In this document: in pieces, positions 41,201-42,994 of the stretch | Numbering within the stretch: position 1 is the stretch's first letter | How the letters are laid out: each line of letters begins with the position of its first letter | Assembly (NCBI GenBank): GCA_027487145.1 | Contig: JAIYEC010000069.1 | Location: 1 to 42,994, forward strand | Reading direction: 5' to 3' | Source: a bacterium | GTDB taxonomy: Bacteria > Patescibacteriota > Minisyncoccia > Phycocordibacterales > UBA918 | DNA length: 42,994 nt | Translations under genes and position numbers: made by a program | Notes under the pieces: model-generated | Database searches by the model: none | Seen by the model: the letters and a program-made list of their open reading frames with translations, nothing else | What the model was told of the DNA's origin: nothing

Positions 41201-41590
41201 ATGTCATTTGAAGAAAACGTCATTCGCTATTGTGCGGAAAGAAATATCGACTATCCGATCACGAGGGAAAAAGTAGAGTTCAGTCTTTTCTTCTCTGATT
41301 CACTGGGAAAGAAAGGCTATAAAAGTGCTAGGTGGATTGAGGCTGATGATGGACCTGCCGATCTGGTATGTCCACTATTTCTCTTTTTAGAGGGACTTCA
41401 TAACATCACAACGCTTGCGGGCTTTTCTTCAAACCGTACTAATATCATATATTTAAAGAACGAAACCCTACGGTTTGTTCTAAGCTCTTTTTTGGCAGAA
41501 AAGTGGGATTCTGATAGTCCAATAGTTAGGTCCATTCGGCATTATAGTAACGTTCGATTGGATTACCCCATACCCTCCTGGTGGGATTGA
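41201..41590 (+). CDS. hypothetical protein
   Basis: 129-aa ORF with AAGGAG 7 nt upstream of the ATG. No motif recognised. Confidence 0.5.
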   Translation: MSFEENVIRYCAERNIDYPITREKVEFSLFFSDSLGKKGYKSARWIEADDGPADLVCPLFLFLEGLHNITTLAGFSSNRTNIIYLKNETLRFVLSSFLAEKWDSDSPIVRSIRHYSNVRLDYPIPSWWD

Positions 41591-41618
41591 GATTTAAATA
41601 TATGGTTCCAACTGCAAC

Positions 41619-41663
41619 AACCGCCCGCCCGACTTTTCAAATTGAAAAGTCGGGCGGGCGGTT
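41619..41663. terminator. very strong bidirectional hairpin
   Basis: aaccgcccgcccgacttttcaa / ttgaaaagtcgggcgggcggtt, an almost perfect 22-nt inverted repeat. Confidence 0.75.
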
Positions 41664-41671
41664 TCTCTATT

Positions 41672-41702
41672 AAATCTCCCTGGGGTTCCCCTAGGGAGAT
41701 TT
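41672..41702. terminator. second hairpin of a triple-hairpin cluster
   Basis: aaatctccctgggg-ttc-ccctagggagattt with one bulge. Confidence 0.5.
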
Positions 41703-41735
41703 ACAAGTGGCACCAGCGAAGCTGGTGCCACTTGT
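41703..41735. terminator. third hairpin of the cluster (GGCACCAGC stem)
   Basis: acaagtggcaccagc-gaa-gctggtgccacttgt, a perfect 15-bp stem. Confidence 0.55.
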
Positions 41736-41739
41736 GTAT

Positions 41740-41804
41740 AAGTGTGGTTGCTGGTGGGTGAAAGTGGTATAGAATATACAAGTGGTGGGAGATAGTGGTA
41801 TACT
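41740..41804 (+). promoter_or_regulatory. mraZ promoter with direct AAGTG(G/T) repeats (putative MraZ boxes)
   Basis: taAGTGTgg (41741-41749), aaAGTGGt (41761-41768), caAGTGGt (41779-41786) and atAGTGGt (41792-41799). Extended -10 TGgTATACT at 41796-41804, with an alternative TAGAAT at 41770-41775. Confidence 0.5.
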
Positions 41805-41900
41805 TCGTGAGAAGTATGCTGAGTTGGTTCCGAGACCCTCCGCAACGATCTCCACATCAAATTGTGGAAGGTCTCGGGACCAGCTCAGCTATCAAGTTTT

Positions 41901-42335
41901 ATGTTAATTGGCGAATACAAGCATACGTTGGACCCCAAGAAACGGCTGTCCTTGCCGTCTAAATGGCGCAAGGAACTTGGGAAAACGCTTGTCGTCACAC
42001 GTGGACTTGATAACTGTCTCTTTGTATATCCGCTCACGGAGTGGGAGAAAATCACTGCGAAAATCGGTGAGCTCCCACTCGGGCAGGCGGATACAAGAAG
42101 TTTCAATCGATTCTTCTTGTCAGGAGCCACAGAGGTGGAGGTGGATTCAGTTGGACGTATTCTCGTGCCAGACTTCTTGAAAGAATTTGGAAAACTAGAG
42201 TCAAGCGTTGTCTTGGCCGGTATCCATAGTCGAATCGAGATTTGGGATGAGAAACGATGGGAGACGTATAAGCGCTCGATCGAACAGCAAGCAGATGCTT
42301 TGGCAGAGAAGCTTGGTGAGATAGGCGTCCTCTAG
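41901..42335 (+). CDS. mraZ: transcriptional regulator MraZ
   Basis: MLIGEYKHTLDPKKRLSLPSKWR... and a second DSVGRILVP motif (two SpoVT/AbrB-like halves). Start moved to the ATG at 41901; the 13-codon track extension is made from an upstream hairpin. Confidence 0.9.
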   Translation: MLIGEYKHTLDPKKRLSLPSKWRKELGKTLVVTRGLDNCLFVYPLTEWEKITAKIGELPLGQADTRSFNRFFLSGATEVEVDSVGRILVPDFLKEFGKLESSVVLAGIHSRIEIWDEKRWETYKRSIEQQADALAEKLGEIGVL

Positions 42336-42450
42336 AGAATTCTCAAAATCTCCTCAAACTTCGTTGTGTTGCACTCGGAAACACTCATCGTACAAAAAGT
42401 ACGCCTCGCGTTTCCTCACTTGCACGCCTCGTCTGAGAAAATTTTGACCA
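42336..42450 (+). repeat. post-stop structured repeat, copy E
   Basis: tcaaaat (42343-42349) / attttga (42442-42448) closing stem. aacttcgttgtg box. P2 ggaaac (42377-42382) / gtttcc (42410-42415). P1 cgtac-aaaaa-gtacg (42389-42403). 3' box cacgcctcgtct. Confidence 0.8.
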
Positions 42451-42481
42451 TCCTCTAATATTCACTTAAGTATGCAACACA

Positions 42482-42994
42482 TCACAGTGCTTCTCAAAGA
42501 AGCAGTTGACGCTCTGGCACTTGCACCAGACTCGATTGTGGTTGATGCAACCTTCGGTGCCGGAGGCCACGCACGCGCAATCACAAAACAGCTCGATCAA
42601 AAAGGTGTATACATTGGTATTGATACCGATGAGACAGCCTTCAAAGACCATACCTTCACAGAAACTAAAACAACCGTTCACCTGGTGAACGACAACTTTA
42701 AAAACATTACCGACATTCTTCGTTCTTTACATATTACACATACTGATGCCGTCTTAGCAGACTTGGGGTGGCGACAGGATCAATTTACTGATGGTGGAAA
42801 GGGCTTTTCATTTATGAAAGATGAACCGCTCCACATGACCTTCGGAGATCCGACTGCCTACGACTTCACTGCGTTTGATATCGTCAATAGTTGGGAAGAG
42901 TCATCTATAGCCGACATTATCTTCGGGTACGGCGAAGAGCGAGCTTCAAGACGAATAGCGAGAGCAATCGTTGAGGCTCGAAAAAAGACTCCCA
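42482..42994 (+). CDS. rsmH: 16S rRNA (cytosine1402-N4)-methyltransferase, 5' fragment (runs off the window end)
   Basis: MQHITVLLKEAVDALALAPDSIVVDATFGAGGHARAI... matches the RsmH/MraW N-terminus (H.PVL..E....L......D.TFG.GGH). Open to the window end and not in the ORF track. Confidence 0.85.

Noticed and set aside
41594-41900. 88-aa minus-strand ORF (41594-41860) and the 13-codon N-terminal extension of mraZ (from 41862)
   Set aside because: Both are read through the stacked hairpins and the MraZ-box promoter. MraZ homologues start at MLIGEY (41901).
17641-42450. The repeat family as a CRISPR array
   Set aside because: The copies are kilobases apart, each in a different intergenic region. 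They are imperfect and of variable length. There are no regularly spaced spacers and no cas genes.
42377-42450. Hammerhead-like ribozyme in repeat copy E (GAAAC ... CUGAGA)
   Set aside because: The two motifs are not conserved in the other copies. GGAAAC is part of the P2 stem pairing with GTTTCC, and the order and spacing do not give a three-way hammerhead junction.
1-42994. Alternative genetic code (UGA recoding as in some CPR lineages)
   Set aside because: TGA terminates a well-defined gene at the expected length (def, stop at 17793-17795). Conserved proteins such as MurA, PBP2, ProRS and LysRS read through at full length with the standard code.

Overview
42,994 bp, roughly mid-40s % GC, densely packed with about 45 protein genes and one tRNA. 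I found no rRNA, transposase, integrase, CRISPR array or cas gene, and the standard genetic code applies (TGA is used as a stop). Housekeeping genes: ung, mutM, def-fmt, a PriA-like protein, murA, two mreB paralogues, mreC, an mreD-like gene, mrdA, a holB-like gene, frr, rseP, proS, a class I LysRS, greA, and mraZ-rsmH at the start of the dcw cluster. Several features together suggest a small-genome Patescibacteria/CPR (Parcubacteria-like) organism; this is inference only. Those features are an HTH-fused MurA, a PriA lacking Walker motifs, a short delta-prime, a ProRS without the insertion domain, a class I LysRS, and many secreted hypothetical proteins with cohesin and dockerin modules. The most notable points: (1) six copies of an orientation-locked structured repeat that sits just after stop codons and shows compensatory base changes; two of the copies carry a ~105-nt module that is ~96% identical. 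(2) Three perfect palindromes share a 22-bp core, and two of them bracket a TrpR/YerC-like HTH gene. (3) A 9.7-kb six-gene cell-surface operon (4922-14645) encodes a 1285-aa internally duplicated protein. It also encodes a WxL/SCPU-like C-terminal domain shared by two proteins, a DUF916-like anchored protein, and an adjacent dockerin/cohesin-like pair. (4) A GC-rich, promoter- and terminator-bounded island next to tRNA-Asn may be an unclassified structured RNA. (5) A soluble VirD4/TraD-like ATPase carries an in-frame A16 tract; it is followed by two unknown genes and the module is bracketed by repeat copies. (6) Many first genes have a -10 box 6-9 nt upstream of the ATG, which suggests leaderless mRNAs. 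All family assignments come from motif recognition by eye; no searches were run.
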